Shown piece by piece: positions 41,226-50,288 of a DNA stretch of 64,000 nucleotides (positions are counted from its first letter, which is position 1; each line of letters starts with the position of its first letter). Source of the DNA: Vulcanimicrobiota bacterium (GTDB lineage Bacteria; Vulcanimicrobiota; Vulcanimicrobiia; Vulcanimicrobiales; Vulcanimicrobiaceae). The stretch spans positions 64,001 to 128,000 of the forward strand of contig CAWHWQ010000002.1 of the NCBI GenBank assembly GCA_963833095.1, read 5' to 3'. Below the pieces are notes generated by a model that worked only from the letters and a program-made list of their open reading frames with translations, searched no databases and was not told the origin of the DNA. The translations under genes were made by a program, and so were the position numbers.

Positions 41226-41707
41226 GCCGACACCGTCGCCTTCACGCCGTTCAAATAGGCGCCGAGACTATCGAGGAGATGCGCGGAACCTTGCTCGCGA
41301 TCTTCGGGCGTTGCATAGCCATCCAGATACACCGCGTGCTCGGTAAAATTCATCTGGGTGCGCTCGCCCTGCGGATGCAATTCGATCGTCGCGAGCGAGA
41401 CCGAGATGCGTTTGTCGTTGACGTACATGTCATAGAGATACACCACGCGACGATCCTCGACGATGTCGAGATAGGTTGCCTGAAAATCCGAGGTTGTCCC
41501 GTCAAGCCACGCGCCCTTAGCCCGTTCGCGGCCACCGACGCGAAAGTCGAATTCACGCGCGAGCGGCTTCCACTGTCCCTCAGGGCCGCCGAACCACTTG
41601 GCTTTTTCGTCGGCATTGGAAAGCGCACTGAAAACCCGGTGCGCCGGAGCGTCGTACGTGCGCTCGATGGTGAACGTGAAGTGCTGCGTTAGCGGTGCGT
41701 CGGTCAC
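41222..41707 (-). CDS. SRPBCC/AHSA1-like protein
   Basis: FTIERTYDAP, DFRVGGRE, ISVSLATIE. Confidence 0.88.
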   Translation of the reverse strand: MTDAPLTQHFTFTIERTYDAPAHRVFSALSNADEKAKWFGGPEGQWKPLAREFDFRVGGRERAKGAWLDGTTSDFQATYLDIVEDRRVVYLYDMYVNDKRISVSLATIELHPQGERTQMNFTEHAVYLDGYATPEDREQGSAHLLDSLGAYLNGVKATVSA

Positions 41708-42048
41708 GATTGGTCCTTCTTTCTCTGCAGTTCGCGCAGGTAGTCGCCCAGGCGGTCGAAGCTCTCTTCCCAGAAGCGGCGGTGTTCTTCCATCCACTCC
41801 GCGAGCGGCCGCAAACCACGCGGGTCCGCCCGGTAAAACGTATTGCGGCCGTCTTTTCGGCCCAGCACCAGCCGCGCGTCGAGCAGTGCTTTGAGGTGTT
41901 GCGAAACCGCGGGCTGGGAAACCCCGGCATACTCGGTGAGCGTCCGCACGGTCGCTTCGCGCTTGGTGATGATCCGTTCGTAAATCGCTCGCCGGGTGGG
42001 GTCGGAAAGCGTACGCATGACGGAATCGATCGGCTGGGCAGCGGCCAC
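41704..42048 (-). CDS. ArsR/SmtB-family regulator
   Basis: LSDPTRRAI, SQPAVSQHLKAL, FWEESFDRL. Confidence 0.92.
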   Translation of the reverse strand: MAAAQPIDSVMRTLSDPTRRAIYERIITKREATVRTLTEYAGVSQPAVSQHLKALLDARLVLGRKDGRNTFYRADPRGLRPLAEWMEEHRRFWEESFDRLGDYLRELQRKKDQS

Positions 42049-42055
42049 AGCCAAA

Positions 42056-42085
42056 AGGATAAGTCTTTGCTTATGTATATGTCAA
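42056..42085 (-). promoter_or_regulatory. Promoter and probable ArsR operator
   Basis: Minus strand TTGACA, 18 nt, TATCCT; inverted repeat ATAAG-N6-CTTAT (42059-42074). Confidence 0.7.
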
Positions 42086-42144
42086 GCGGGGCCGCCCCCG
42101 CCGCGGCGAAGGGTGACCGGCATCATCGCCCGATGGAGGAGTTC

Positions 42145-42480
42145 ATGGTCGAGACCTCTCCCAGCACAAACGACAAAATCGCCGCGATGGCCATACATAT
42201 CGCCGGGATTTTCGTTGGATTCATCCCCTCGCTGATCGTGTATCTCGCCGTCACCGGCAACCCGTGGCTCAAAGAGCAGGCACGTAACGCGCTCAACTTT
42301 CAGCTCACGCTGTTGATCGCATACATCATCGGATGCGCTCTGACGTTCGTGTTGATCGGTGCCTTCGTGCTATTTGCGGTCTGGCTCGCCAACAGCGTCT
42401 TTTCGATCATCGCGGCGGTGAAAGCCAATCAGGGCGAGACCTACAAGTACCCGCTCACCATCGAACTCGTCAAGGCGTAA
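42145..42480 (+). CDS. DUF4870-family membrane protein
   Basis: GGAGGAG RBS; KEQARNALNFQLT, AAVKANQGETYKYP. Confidence 0.88.
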   Translation: MVETSPSTNDKIAAMAIHIAGIFVGFIPSLIVYLAVTGNPWLKEQARNALNFQLTLLIAYIIGCALTFVLIGAFVLFAVWLANSVFSIIAAVKANQGETYKYPLTIELVKA

Positions 42481-43480
42481 AGAGCGCGTCCCACTCAGAC
42501 CGAGCGATGCGCAGTTCGTCCTCTTTGAGGTCTTTGAGCGGCGTCAGCGTGAGCTTTTCACGCTCGCACAAATCGGGCACGCCGGTGTCGACGAAAAGCA
42601 GACCGGTGACGAACTCGCCACGGTCGCGCGTCTCGTGGATCATTGAAAGTGCGCCGATACGGCTGGTGGCGTCGTAGTCGCGATCGACTTTGCGTAGGAG
42701 CACGTGCGAGCCATCCTCCAGCTCGATGTCTTGCATCGTGCCCGGCTCGTAGTCGACCGTAATCTCTTCGCGCGGGCGAATGAAATCGGGCGCGTTGAGC
42801 GTCACGTCGTGATCCTTCACGTACGCGTAGCTCTTGGTCGAGCCTTCGTGATCGTTGAACGTGACGCACGGGCTGATGATATCGATGATCGACGTGCCGC
42901 GATGGGCAAATGCTGCTTGCAGCAGCGGAACGAGCTGCTTGCCGTCGCCCGAGAAGGAGCGCGCAACGAAGGTCGCGCCAAGCTCGATCGCAAGGCCGCA
43001 AACGTCGATCGTCGCGTACTCGTTGGGCGTACCGTTCTTGAGCGTTGAGCCGACGTCGGCGGTCGCCGAAAACTGTCCTTTGGTCAAGCCATAGACGCCG
43101 TTATTCTCGATGATGTACACGCAATCGACGTTGCGGCGAACCATATGCGCGTACTGTCCAAGCCCGATGCTCGCCGTGTCGCCGTCACCGCTGATGCCGA
43201 GCACCACCATCTCGCGGTTGGCGAGCTTGGCGCCGGTGGCTGCGGAAGGCATGCGGCCATGCACCCCGTTGAAACCGTGCGCCTGCTCGACGAAGTAGGC
43301 CGGCGTCTTCGAAGAGCAACCGATCCCGCTCATCTTCGCGAGCAGATGCGGCGCTACACCGTACTCGTACAATGCTTTGATCAGGTGATTGGTAATCGAG
43401 TTGTGGCCGCAGCCCGCGCACAACGTGGTCGGCAGACCCTTATACACCTCGCGCGTGAGGCCGACGATATTGACGGTCAT
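42470..43480 (-). CDS. korB: 2-oxoacid:ferredoxin oxidoreductase beta subunit
   Basis: CAGCGH, GIGCSS, SGDGD, NNGVYGLTKGQ, SPCVTFN. Confidence 0.92.
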   Translation of the reverse strand: MTVNIVGLTREVYKGLPTTLCAGCGHNSITNHLIKALYEYGVAPHLLAKMSGIGCSSKTPAYFVEQAHGFNGVHGRMPSAATGAKLANREMVVLGISGDGDTASIGLGQYAHMVRRNVDCVYIIENNGVYGLTKGQFSATADVGSTLKNGTPNEYATIDVCGLAIELGATFVARSFSGDGKQLVPLLQAAFAHRGTSIIDIISPCVTFNDHEGSTKSYAYVKDHDVTLNAPDFIRPREEITVDYEPGTMQDIELEDGSHVLLRKVDRDYDATSRIGALSMIHETRDRGEFVTGLLFVDTGVPDLCEREKLTLTPLKDLKEDELRIARSEWDALFTP

Positions 43481-45294
43481 TCCGCTGCCACCGCCGGCTC
43501 GCGCTCGGCCTCCAGCAGCGGATCCACGATCGAATGCGCGTCAATCGGCACACCGTTGTAGTGCCGCACCGATTGAATTCGCGAGACGAGATGATCGGGC
43601 AGCTCGATGCGCAACAAGCCGAAGAGTTGCCCGTCGCGATTCTGCTCGACGACGTACACGCGCTCGTGGCGCGCGATAAATGCCGCAACTTCGGGCGAAA
43701 ATGGCAACGCGCGCACCCGCAGATAATCGGTTTCTATGCCGGCATTGCGCAGAATATCGCGCGCTTCGATGACCGCGTGATGCGTTGTTCCATAAGCTAA
43801 TATTGCCGCCGGATGTCCCTGTTCGTCGACGATGGGCTGTGGTACGGCCGTGCGCGCCGTCTCGTGCTTGCGCACCAACCGATCGAGATTGCGCTGCCAC
43901 ACATCGGGCATCTCCGAGTACCGCGCCTCTTCATCATGGCCGGTGCCGCGCGTAAAGTAGCCGGCGCCGTTGTGATTGGTTCCCGGTAAGGTGCGATAGG
44001 GAATGCCGTCGCGATCGACGTCGCGATAGCGTCCCCACGATTCGAGCTTGTTGAGATCTTTTTCGTTGAGCACTTTGCCTCGATCGAAAGGTTTTTGCGG
44101 ATACGGCAGCGGCTGCGTCAGCCACGAGTTCATGCCCAGATCGAGATCGGAGAGCACGAAGATCGGCGTCTGAAAACGATCCGCCAGATCGAAGGCTTCC
44201 ATCGACATCTCGTAGGCCTCTTCCACGGTTGCGGGGAGGAGCACGATGTGTTTCGTGTCACCATGCGAGAGCGTGTACGCAAACGACACGTCGCCTTGCA
44301 TCGTGCGCGTTGGAAGTCCGGTCGACGGCCCCGCGCGCTGCACGTCGAAAATCACCGCCGGCACTTCGGCGTAGTAGCCGTAGCCGGCCCATTCCGCCAT
44401 CAGCGAAATGCCCGGGCCCGACGTCGACGTCATGGCGCGCGCTCCGGCCCACCCGGCGCCGAGCACCATGCCGATCGCGGCGAGTTCGTCTTCGGCCTGC
44501 ACGATCGCGACCCGCTTCTCGCCGGTCTGCGGATCGACGCGGAATTTCTCGGCGAGCGCTATAAAATTTTCACATAGGGATGACGACGGCGTGATCGGAT
44601 ACCACGCCGCAACCGTGCAGCCGCCCTGAATGCAACCGAGCGCAGCCGCGCGATTGCCGTCGAGGAACGAACGTCCCTCGGTTTGGCCGCTCATGCGTTC
44701 GAGCGCAAAGCGATCGCCTTTGGTCAAATGTTCGCGCGCATAGGAGAAACCGATGCGCACCGCTTCGACATTGGTTGCCGCAGCCTTCGCCTTACGTTTG
44801 AATTGGCCGGCGATCGCAGCCTCGACGTCGGCTTCGCCGATGCCCAGCAATTCGGCGACGACGCCGACGTAGATCATGTTGAGCAAATACTTACGCAGGG
44901 TACCGTCGCTAAAGTTCGTCTTGGCCAGCTCATTGAACGGTACGGCGTAATAGACGATGTCGTCGCGCAGACTCTCGCCCGCGACCGGATAGGTCGCCTC
45001 GTGAATCACCGCACCCCCCGCTTTGACGCCGGCGATATCGGTGCGCCATGTTGCCGTATTGAGCGCAACCAGTAGGTCGACGTCGCGCGTGCGGCATTGA
45101 TAGCCTTTGGATGAAATGCGAACGTCAAACCATGTGGGCAACCCCTCGATGTTCGAGGGGAAAACGTTTTTCGGAGCGACCGGGATGCCTAAACGAAAGA
45201 TCGCGTTGGTGAGGACGAGATTTGAGGATTGACTGCCCGAACCGTTAACTGTGGCAACCCGGATCGTGAAATCGTTGGTGGCCCGTTGGTGCAT
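43477..45294 (-). CDS. korA: 2-oxoacid:ferredoxin oxidoreductase alpha subunit
   Basis: NGSGSQS, YPITPSS, QAEDELAA, TSGPGISLM, QRAGPSTGLPT. Confidence 0.92.
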   Translation of the reverse strand: MHQRATNDFTIRVATVNGSGSQSSNLVLTNAIFRLGIPVAPKNVFPSNIEGLPTWFDVRISSKGYQCRTRDVDLLVALNTATWRTDIAGVKAGGAVIHEATYPVAGESLRDDIVYYAVPFNELAKTNFSDGTLRKYLLNMIYVGVVAELLGIGEADVEAAIAGQFKRKAKAAATNVEAVRIGFSYAREHLTKGDRFALERMSGQTEGRSFLDGNRAAALGCIQGGCTVAAWYPITPSSSLCENFIALAEKFRVDPQTGEKRVAIVQAEDELAAIGMVLGAGWAGARAMTSTSGPGISLMAEWAGYGYYAEVPAVIFDVQRAGPSTGLPTRTMQGDVSFAYTLSHGDTKHIVLLPATVEEAYEMSMEAFDLADRFQTPIFVLSDLDLGMNSWLTQPLPYPQKPFDRGKVLNEKDLNKLESWGRYRDVDRDGIPYRTLPGTNHNGAGYFTRGTGHDEEARYSEMPDVWQRNLDRLVRKHETARTAVPQPIVDEQGHPAAILAYGTTHHAVIEARDILRNAGIETDYLRVRALPFSPEVAAFIARHERVYVVEQNRDGQLFGLLRIELPDHLVSRIQSVRHYNGVPIDAHSIVDPLLEAEREPAVAAE

Positions 45295-45375
45295 GCTTCT
45301 GCTACCTTTGTGGCTTTAGCCCCGAGCCCTTCCCTTGACGGAAGGACTCCTGCCGCGATAACCCAAGTCGGCAAC

Positions 45376-46005
45376 ATGAAGCAGATCGCAATTGCCGCCC
45401 TCGCTGCCCTCGTCGTACTGGGAGGCTGCGGCAGAAGCTCCAACGTCACCACGCAAAGCGCGGTCACGGGCGCCCCCGCTGCGGACGGCGCCGTGCTGGT
45501 GAAATCCGGCACGGAGTTCCGCGGAAAACTGCAACAAGAGATCGCGACCAATAAGAGCCACGACGGCGATACATTCACCATCGTGCAACAAGACACGCTC
45601 ATGCACAAAGATCCGGCGCTTCATGGCGTGATCGTCGAAGGTCACCTAGCGAACGTTTCGGCAGCAGGGCTGGGCAAGAAACCCGCGATGACGATCGTTT
45701 TTGACGATGTGCGGATGCCGGATGGCCAGACCGCGCCGATTCACGTTCAGATCGTCAACGTCGGCGCTTTCGATGCCAAGACGCATCACTGGCGCACGGT
45801 GGGCATGGTGTTGGGGGCGGGAATCGCGGGGCACATGGCTGCGGGAAAGCATCACGGCGGCACGATGGGCGCGGCCGGCGCCTATGTGCTCTCGCAACAG
45901 ATGAAAACGAATGTCGACGTGAAACCCGGCACGCTCGTCGAACTGAAGTTCTTGAACGACGCGGTTGCTGCGACGAGTCCGGCGCCTACCGGAAGCGGCA
46001 CCTAG
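45376..46005 (+). CDS. Lipoprotein, hypothetical
   Basis: Lipobox LGGC; glycine-zipper-like GMVLGAGIAG..GAAGAY. Confidence 0.75.
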   Translation: MKQIAIAALAALVVLGGCGRSSNVTTQSAVTGAPAADGAVLVKSGTEFRGKLQQEIATNKSHDGDTFTIVQQDTLMHKDPALHGVIVEGHLANVSAAGLGKKPAMTIVFDDVRMPDGQTAPIHVQIVNVGAFDAKTHHWRTVGMVLGAGIAGHMAAGKHHGGTMGAAGAYVLSQQMKTNVDVKPGTLVELKFLNDAVAATSPAPTGSGT

Positions 46006-46340
46006 TACGTTCGGTTCGCGATACTGAAATACAAGACGGCAAGCAATGCGAGCGGTATAATCGTCCGGGTGATATAGATCGCGATTACGGCACGCGCGTG
46101 CGCGCTCTCGGGTGAAAACGCGGCATAGCGAGTTGCCGCAAGCTCCTCGACTGACGTCATGCCCGCCATTTTCCGAGCGGACCGGTCGACGAAATAGAAA
46201 ACGACGAGCATAAAGGGCCAAACCCAAAACGTGTGCGGGGCCTTCACGAAGACATAACCGAGGCCGACCGCATAGGCGATCGCGAGGATCGCGACGACGA
46301 CGATCCATATTCGGCGCACGCGAGTCTCGAACGCACTCAT
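46002..46340 (-). CDS. Membrane protein, hypothetical
   Basis: Three hydrophobic segments; ATGA overlap with upstream gene. Confidence 0.6.
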   Translation of the reverse strand: MSAFETRVRRIWIVVVAILAIAYAVGLGYVFVKAPHTFWVWPFMLVVFYFVDRSARKMAGMTSVEELAATRYAAFSPESAHARAVIAIYITRTIIPLALLAVLYFSIANRTY

Positions 46341-46594
46341 GCGGTCTGTCCTGCTCGAAGCACGGCGACGCCGATAAGAAGGCCGGCGAGCCCAAGTGCC
46401 ACGTCCGCCATGCGAAGAAGCGGCGCCGTCGGGAGAGGCGTGATTCCTTGGTAGAGCGCGAAGACGCCGCATCCAATCAAAGCGATCGACCATTGCCGAA
46501 CCGGCGCACAATCAATTCGGCGAACCAGCAAGAGTGTAATGCTGCAGGCGACGACCGCTATCAGCGCCAGCGCGGCGAGTACGGTACTAGCCAT
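46337..46594 (-). CDS. Small membrane protein, hypothetical
   Basis: 85 aa, three TM-like helices. Confidence 0.6.
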   Translation of the reverse strand: MASTVLAALALIAVVACSITLLLVRRIDCAPVRQWSIALIGCGVFALYQGITPLPTAPLLRMADVALGLAGLLIGVAVLRAGQTA

Positions 46595-46769
46595 CGACGC
46601 TTCTAGAGAGCAAAAAGATCATACAGGTCTCCGAACTGAAAAATCGGGTCCTCGCTGTCGACGGTCTGGCTTAAGCCATACCACCCGGATAACGATCTAA
46701 GCAACTCTTCCGCCTTTTCGCTCGACAACTTCAACAGCGCGGCAGATCGAGAAACTGACACTGTGTTGC

Positions 46770-47042
46770 TCAACAAGATATCGTCGATGAAGCGTAACCG
46801 TGGAGCGTCCCGATCGTGACGTCTGCGACGGCATTGCCGTGTTCGTCGACAGTCATCCCCGCGCCGCGCGCCGCCGTACGATCGATCACCAAAGCCGACG
46901 TACCCGTATCGAGATGAAACCAAAGATGATGTCCGTTGATATCGGCCCCGACGAGCACGCGACCTGGAAAGAGCGCCGGAATGACCTGTGGAGTGGTGGC
47001 GTCGCTCAAAAAGAGCTGGGCCGCAAGAACCAGCCCAATCAA
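46770..47042 (-). pseudogene. Truncated retropepsin-like aspartyl protease
   Basis: TTGA overlap start, signal peptide, FHLDTGTSALVI; stops shortly after VTIG. Confidence 0.6.
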
Positions 47043-47689
47043 CGTTTTTCCGTTACGTTCGTCGACGGCGGCATGCGCGTCGCGACCTGATAGTTGGAGA
47101 ACGTGGCCCACGCCATCGCGCGATATTGCGGCATCACGATCTCGGCTTCTTCGGTCGACGGAAAGGAGAAGCCGCCGACCGTTTGCGGAACGATCGTGAG
47201 TTTGACGTGTCCACCGTAATCATACGTCCAGAGAATCTGCAAGAGCCCCTGCGACGGATCGATCTGCGCACGTGCCTCGACTAGCGGACTCTTTTTCACA
47301 TCGTGCATCGAAAGCGTCGTGACGTTGCCTTGCGACCCCGCGACGGACATCGTATAGAGTGACGGCCAGTTGGAAACGTCGAGCGCGCTCATCGGCATCG
47401 TATCGTAGCCGCGCCCGAACCACGGCACATTATCGAAATGCACGCTGTAGTCGCCGCCGCGCGTATACGTTCCATGCCCGTGTAGCGTGAAACGAATCCA
47501 CGGAAAGGTCAGCAGCGCGATGCGCGCGTCGACATCAAAGGTGTAGTGTTGCAAAGCGGCATTGCGCCCCGCGAACGAGGCAATAACCGCCGGCGGAGAC
47601 GGCGGTGCCGAGGCGACCGTTGCAGCGGGTTGCGGCGCCTGCGCAGTCAGGAACAGCGCGGCGATGAGAATGGGAACGCGGCGGAGCAT
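47039..47689 (-). CDS. Secreted beta-rich hypothetical protein
   Basis: Signal peptide, Pro-rich linker, ends ATFSNYQV. Confidence 0.75.
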   Translation of the reverse strand: MLRRVPILIAALFLTAQAPQPAATVASAPPSPPAVIASFAGRNAALQHYTFDVDARIALLTFPWIRFTLHGHGTYTRGGDYSVHFDNVPWFGRGYDTMPMSALDVSNWPSLYTMSVAGSQGNVTTLSMHDVKKSPLVEARAQIDPSQGLLQILWTYDYGGHVKLTIVPQTVGGFSFPSTEEAEIVMPQYRAMAWATFSNYQVATRMPPSTNVTEKR

Positions 47690-47760
47690 GCTTGGGATAT
47701 TTCGTCGGGTAAGTAGCCGGCCCCTTACGACTTTTGTTGGTTTTGATTAGAAGCAAGCAG

Positions 47761-48297
47761 CTACGGCTTGGCTGCCGTGTGCGAAAGCAGCTTGAGCTTG
47801 CGGTCGACGATTGTGTAGGTGTCGGTGGAATACCTCGACGGGCAACAGTTCGGGTCACCTACGGCGTAGTCGGGGTACGTCGCGACGATGCCGCGGTAGG
47901 TGATGTTGACTTCGAGGTGTCCTCCCGAAGAGATCTGTCCAAGGTAGTACGGCGTCGCATCTTGGATATCGCGCGCGAAGAGAATCTGCGTAAAAATGCC
48001 GCCGCTACCACCACTCTCGAGGGGAACCGACATCACCTGGGTGCCCCCGGCCACGAGCCCGATCGAGGCGGCGTCGGCGTCGATGTAGCCGCCGACCTGT
48101 TCGTGCTCGTCGACCGAACGGACGTAGGGATGGGTCTGCGGATCCCACCCGAACGATTGAGGAACCGTGGTGTCAATTGTCAACGCCGGGGTGGCGCGAA
48201 TGAGCGCGATGATGCTTGCGGAATCGGTCGTCATCCCGAGCATAGGAATGGCGAACGCAGCAAAGAGGACGATGAGCAGAACCTTGCGAGCCAGCAT
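47761..48297 (-). CDS. Secreted protein with DPNCCPS motif (LppP/LprE-like)
   Basis: Signal peptide; SGGSGG; YAVGDPNCCPS. Confidence 0.7.
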   Translation of the reverse strand: MLARKVLLIVLFAAFAIPMLGMTTDSASIIALIRATPALTIDTTVPQSFGWDPQTHPYVRSVDEHEQVGGYIDADAASIGLVAGGTQVMSVPLESGGSGGIFTQILFARDIQDATPYYLGQISSGGHLEVNITYRGIVATYPDYAVGDPNCCPSRYSTDTYTIVDRKLKLLSHTAAKP

Positions 48298-48312
48298 GCG
48301 GTTGATCATACC

Positions 48313-50274
48313 ATGACGAGCACCGTTGCCCCGGTTACGACGCGCGAGGAGTTGCTGTACCTTCTTACACGCGCATGCGAACTCGAACACAATTTGGCGT
48401 GCGTCTATTTGTACGCCGGCTATTCGCTTAAGACCGAACTACACGAAGGCGGCATGACGCCCGACGAGCTCGCGGCGGTTCGCGGCTGGAAGCGCAAACT
48501 CGCGCACGTCGCGGTTGAAGAAATGCTGCACCTCGGGCAAGTCTGCAATCTCGCGACGGCAGTAGGTGGAGCGCCGCACTTCGCGCGCTCTAACTTCCCG
48601 ATCGCGGCGACCGCGTTTCCCTTCGGCATCGAGATGTCGCTCGAGCCGTTCTCCAGAGGGCTTAGCGAGCGCTTCGTGTGCTACGAGATGCCCGACGACG
48701 GCGTGCTGCCCAAGGAGCGCATGGGCGAATACGACGAGATCTTCGCGCGGGTAGCACACTGCACGCCGAACGAGCAAATCCGCGTGCAGAACAGCGTCGA
48801 GCCGTTCGACGTCGATTTTCGCACCATCGGCGAATTTTATCGCAAGATCGAATCGGCGTTTTCGTGCATCGAACCGGCGCGGCTCTTTATTGGCGATCCC
48901 GTCGCGCAGGCCAATCCGCGCTACCTCGATTTCCCGCGCGAGCTTATCCAAGTTACCGATGCAGACTCAGCCCAGCGCGCCATCGAGATGATCATCGAGC
49001 AGGGTGAATCACCGACCGAAGAGCACCCCGAAGCGCACTTCTGTATTTTCGATGCAATACGCCGCGAATATGCTGCGCTCACCGAGAACGCGCAGCGCCA
49101 AGGACGTGCGTTCAACCCCATACGCCCGCTACTGAGCAATCCGAGCACGCGCGGTATTGCCGAAACCCCGGGCACCAATCGCATTACCGATCCGGTCGCG
49201 CAGGAGCTTGCCGGCCTCTTTAACAGCACCTACGCGCTCATGCTTTCGATGCTCGCGCGCTTTTTTGCGCACGCCGACGAGACGGAAGAAGAGATGCGCT
49301 TGATGGCGCGGGGCACGCTGCGCATCATGGCTTCGGGTTTGCGACCGCTCGGTGAAGCGCTATCCAAAACGCCGGCGGGACGCGAATACCCCGGCATGAA
49401 TGCGGGACCCGGCTTCGGATTCACGCGCAGCATCCACTTACTTGCGCACAAGCAGGCCGCATGGATCTATTTCTCCGAGCGCCTCTACGATCTCTCGACG
49501 CGACTGACGCGGCTTGCCGACGAAGCCGGCCTCCCACAGGAAGTGCAGGAGGCCGCGGCTGCAATCGAATCGGTTGCCGACCATCTCGCGCCGTTCATCC
49601 CGGCGCAATTCGCGATGTCGATTCGCAGCGATGCCGACGAACGCAATGCCCGCACGACGATTCGTCCCGAGATCGACGGGCCGTATATCGTACGCAATCT
49701 GCGCAAGCTCACTAACTCCAAGGGAGAGACGCTAGCCGTTCGGCCGCTGGTTGCGCTTTGCCGGTGCGGCGGTTCGAGCATCAAACCGTACTGCGACGGA
49801 ACCCATTCGCGCAACGGTTTCAGCAGCGAAAAGGACCCCGAACGGGTATCCGATCGCCTGGATCGTTATGAAACGAACGACATCACCGTTCTCGACAATC
49901 GGGGTACATGCTGCCATTTCGGCAACTGTACCGACACGCTCCCCAGCGTCTTTCACGCAGCCGGCGAACCGTTTGTCACGCCCGACGGCGCGACTCCCGA
50001 CGCCATTGTGGATGTCGTTCGCGCTTGTCCCTCCGGCGCGCTAGGATTCATTCGTGACGGCGTGGTGTATGAAGGCGAAGCGCGTGAGCCCGAGATCTAT
50101 GTGGCCGAGAACGCGAGCTACTACGTACGCGGCGGCATCGAACTGGAGGGCGAGCCCATGAATGCCGGCGCCAGTCGCGAGCACTATGCGCTGTGCCGCT
50201 GCGGGCACTCCAAGAACAAGCCCTTTTGCGACGGCACGCACTGGTGGATCAAGTTCCAAGACCCTGAGAATTAG
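48313..50274 (+). CDS. Ferritin-like domain / CDGSH / divergent 4Fe-4S / CDGSH fusion protein
   Basis: ELEH, EEMLH, IIEQGE, AHF; LCRCGGSSIKPYCDGTH; CCHFGNC..CPSGAL; LCRCGHSKNKPFCDGTH. Confidence 0.85.
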   Translation: MTSTVAPVTTREELLYLLTRACELEHNLACVYLYAGYSLKTELHEGGMTPDELAAVRGWKRKLAHVAVEEMLHLGQVCNLATAVGGAPHFARSNFPIAATAFPFGIEMSLEPFSRGLSERFVCYEMPDDGVLPKERMGEYDEIFARVAHCTPNEQIRVQNSVEPFDVDFRTIGEFYRKIESAFSCIEPARLFIGDPVAQANPRYLDFPRELIQVTDADSAQRAIEMIIEQGESPTEEHPEAHFCIFDAIRREYAALTENAQRQGRAFNPIRPLLSNPSTRGIAETPGTNRITDPVAQELAGLFNSTYALMLSMLARFFAHADETEEEMRLMARGTLRIMASGLRPLGEALSKTPAGREYPGMNAGPGFGFTRSIHLLAHKQAAWIYFSERLYDLSTRLTRLADEAGLPQEVQEAAAAIESVADHLAPFIPAQFAMSIRSDADERNARTTIRPEIDGPYIVRNLRKLTNSKGETLAVRPLVALCRCGGSSIKPYCDGTHSRNGFSSEKDPERVSDRLDRYETNDITVLDNRGTCCHFGNCTDTLPSVFHAAGEPFVTPDGATPDAIVDVVRACPSGALGFIRDGVVYEGEAREPEIYVAENASYYVRGGIELEGEPMNAGASREHYALCRCGHSKNKPFCDGTHWWIKFQDPEN

Positions 50275-50288
50275 CGTATACTAGCGGC

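Noticed and set aside
47734..48312. N-terminal 193 aa of the 846-aa ORF
   Set aside because: Antisense to the secreted DPNCCPS gene; recognisable protein begins at ATG 48313
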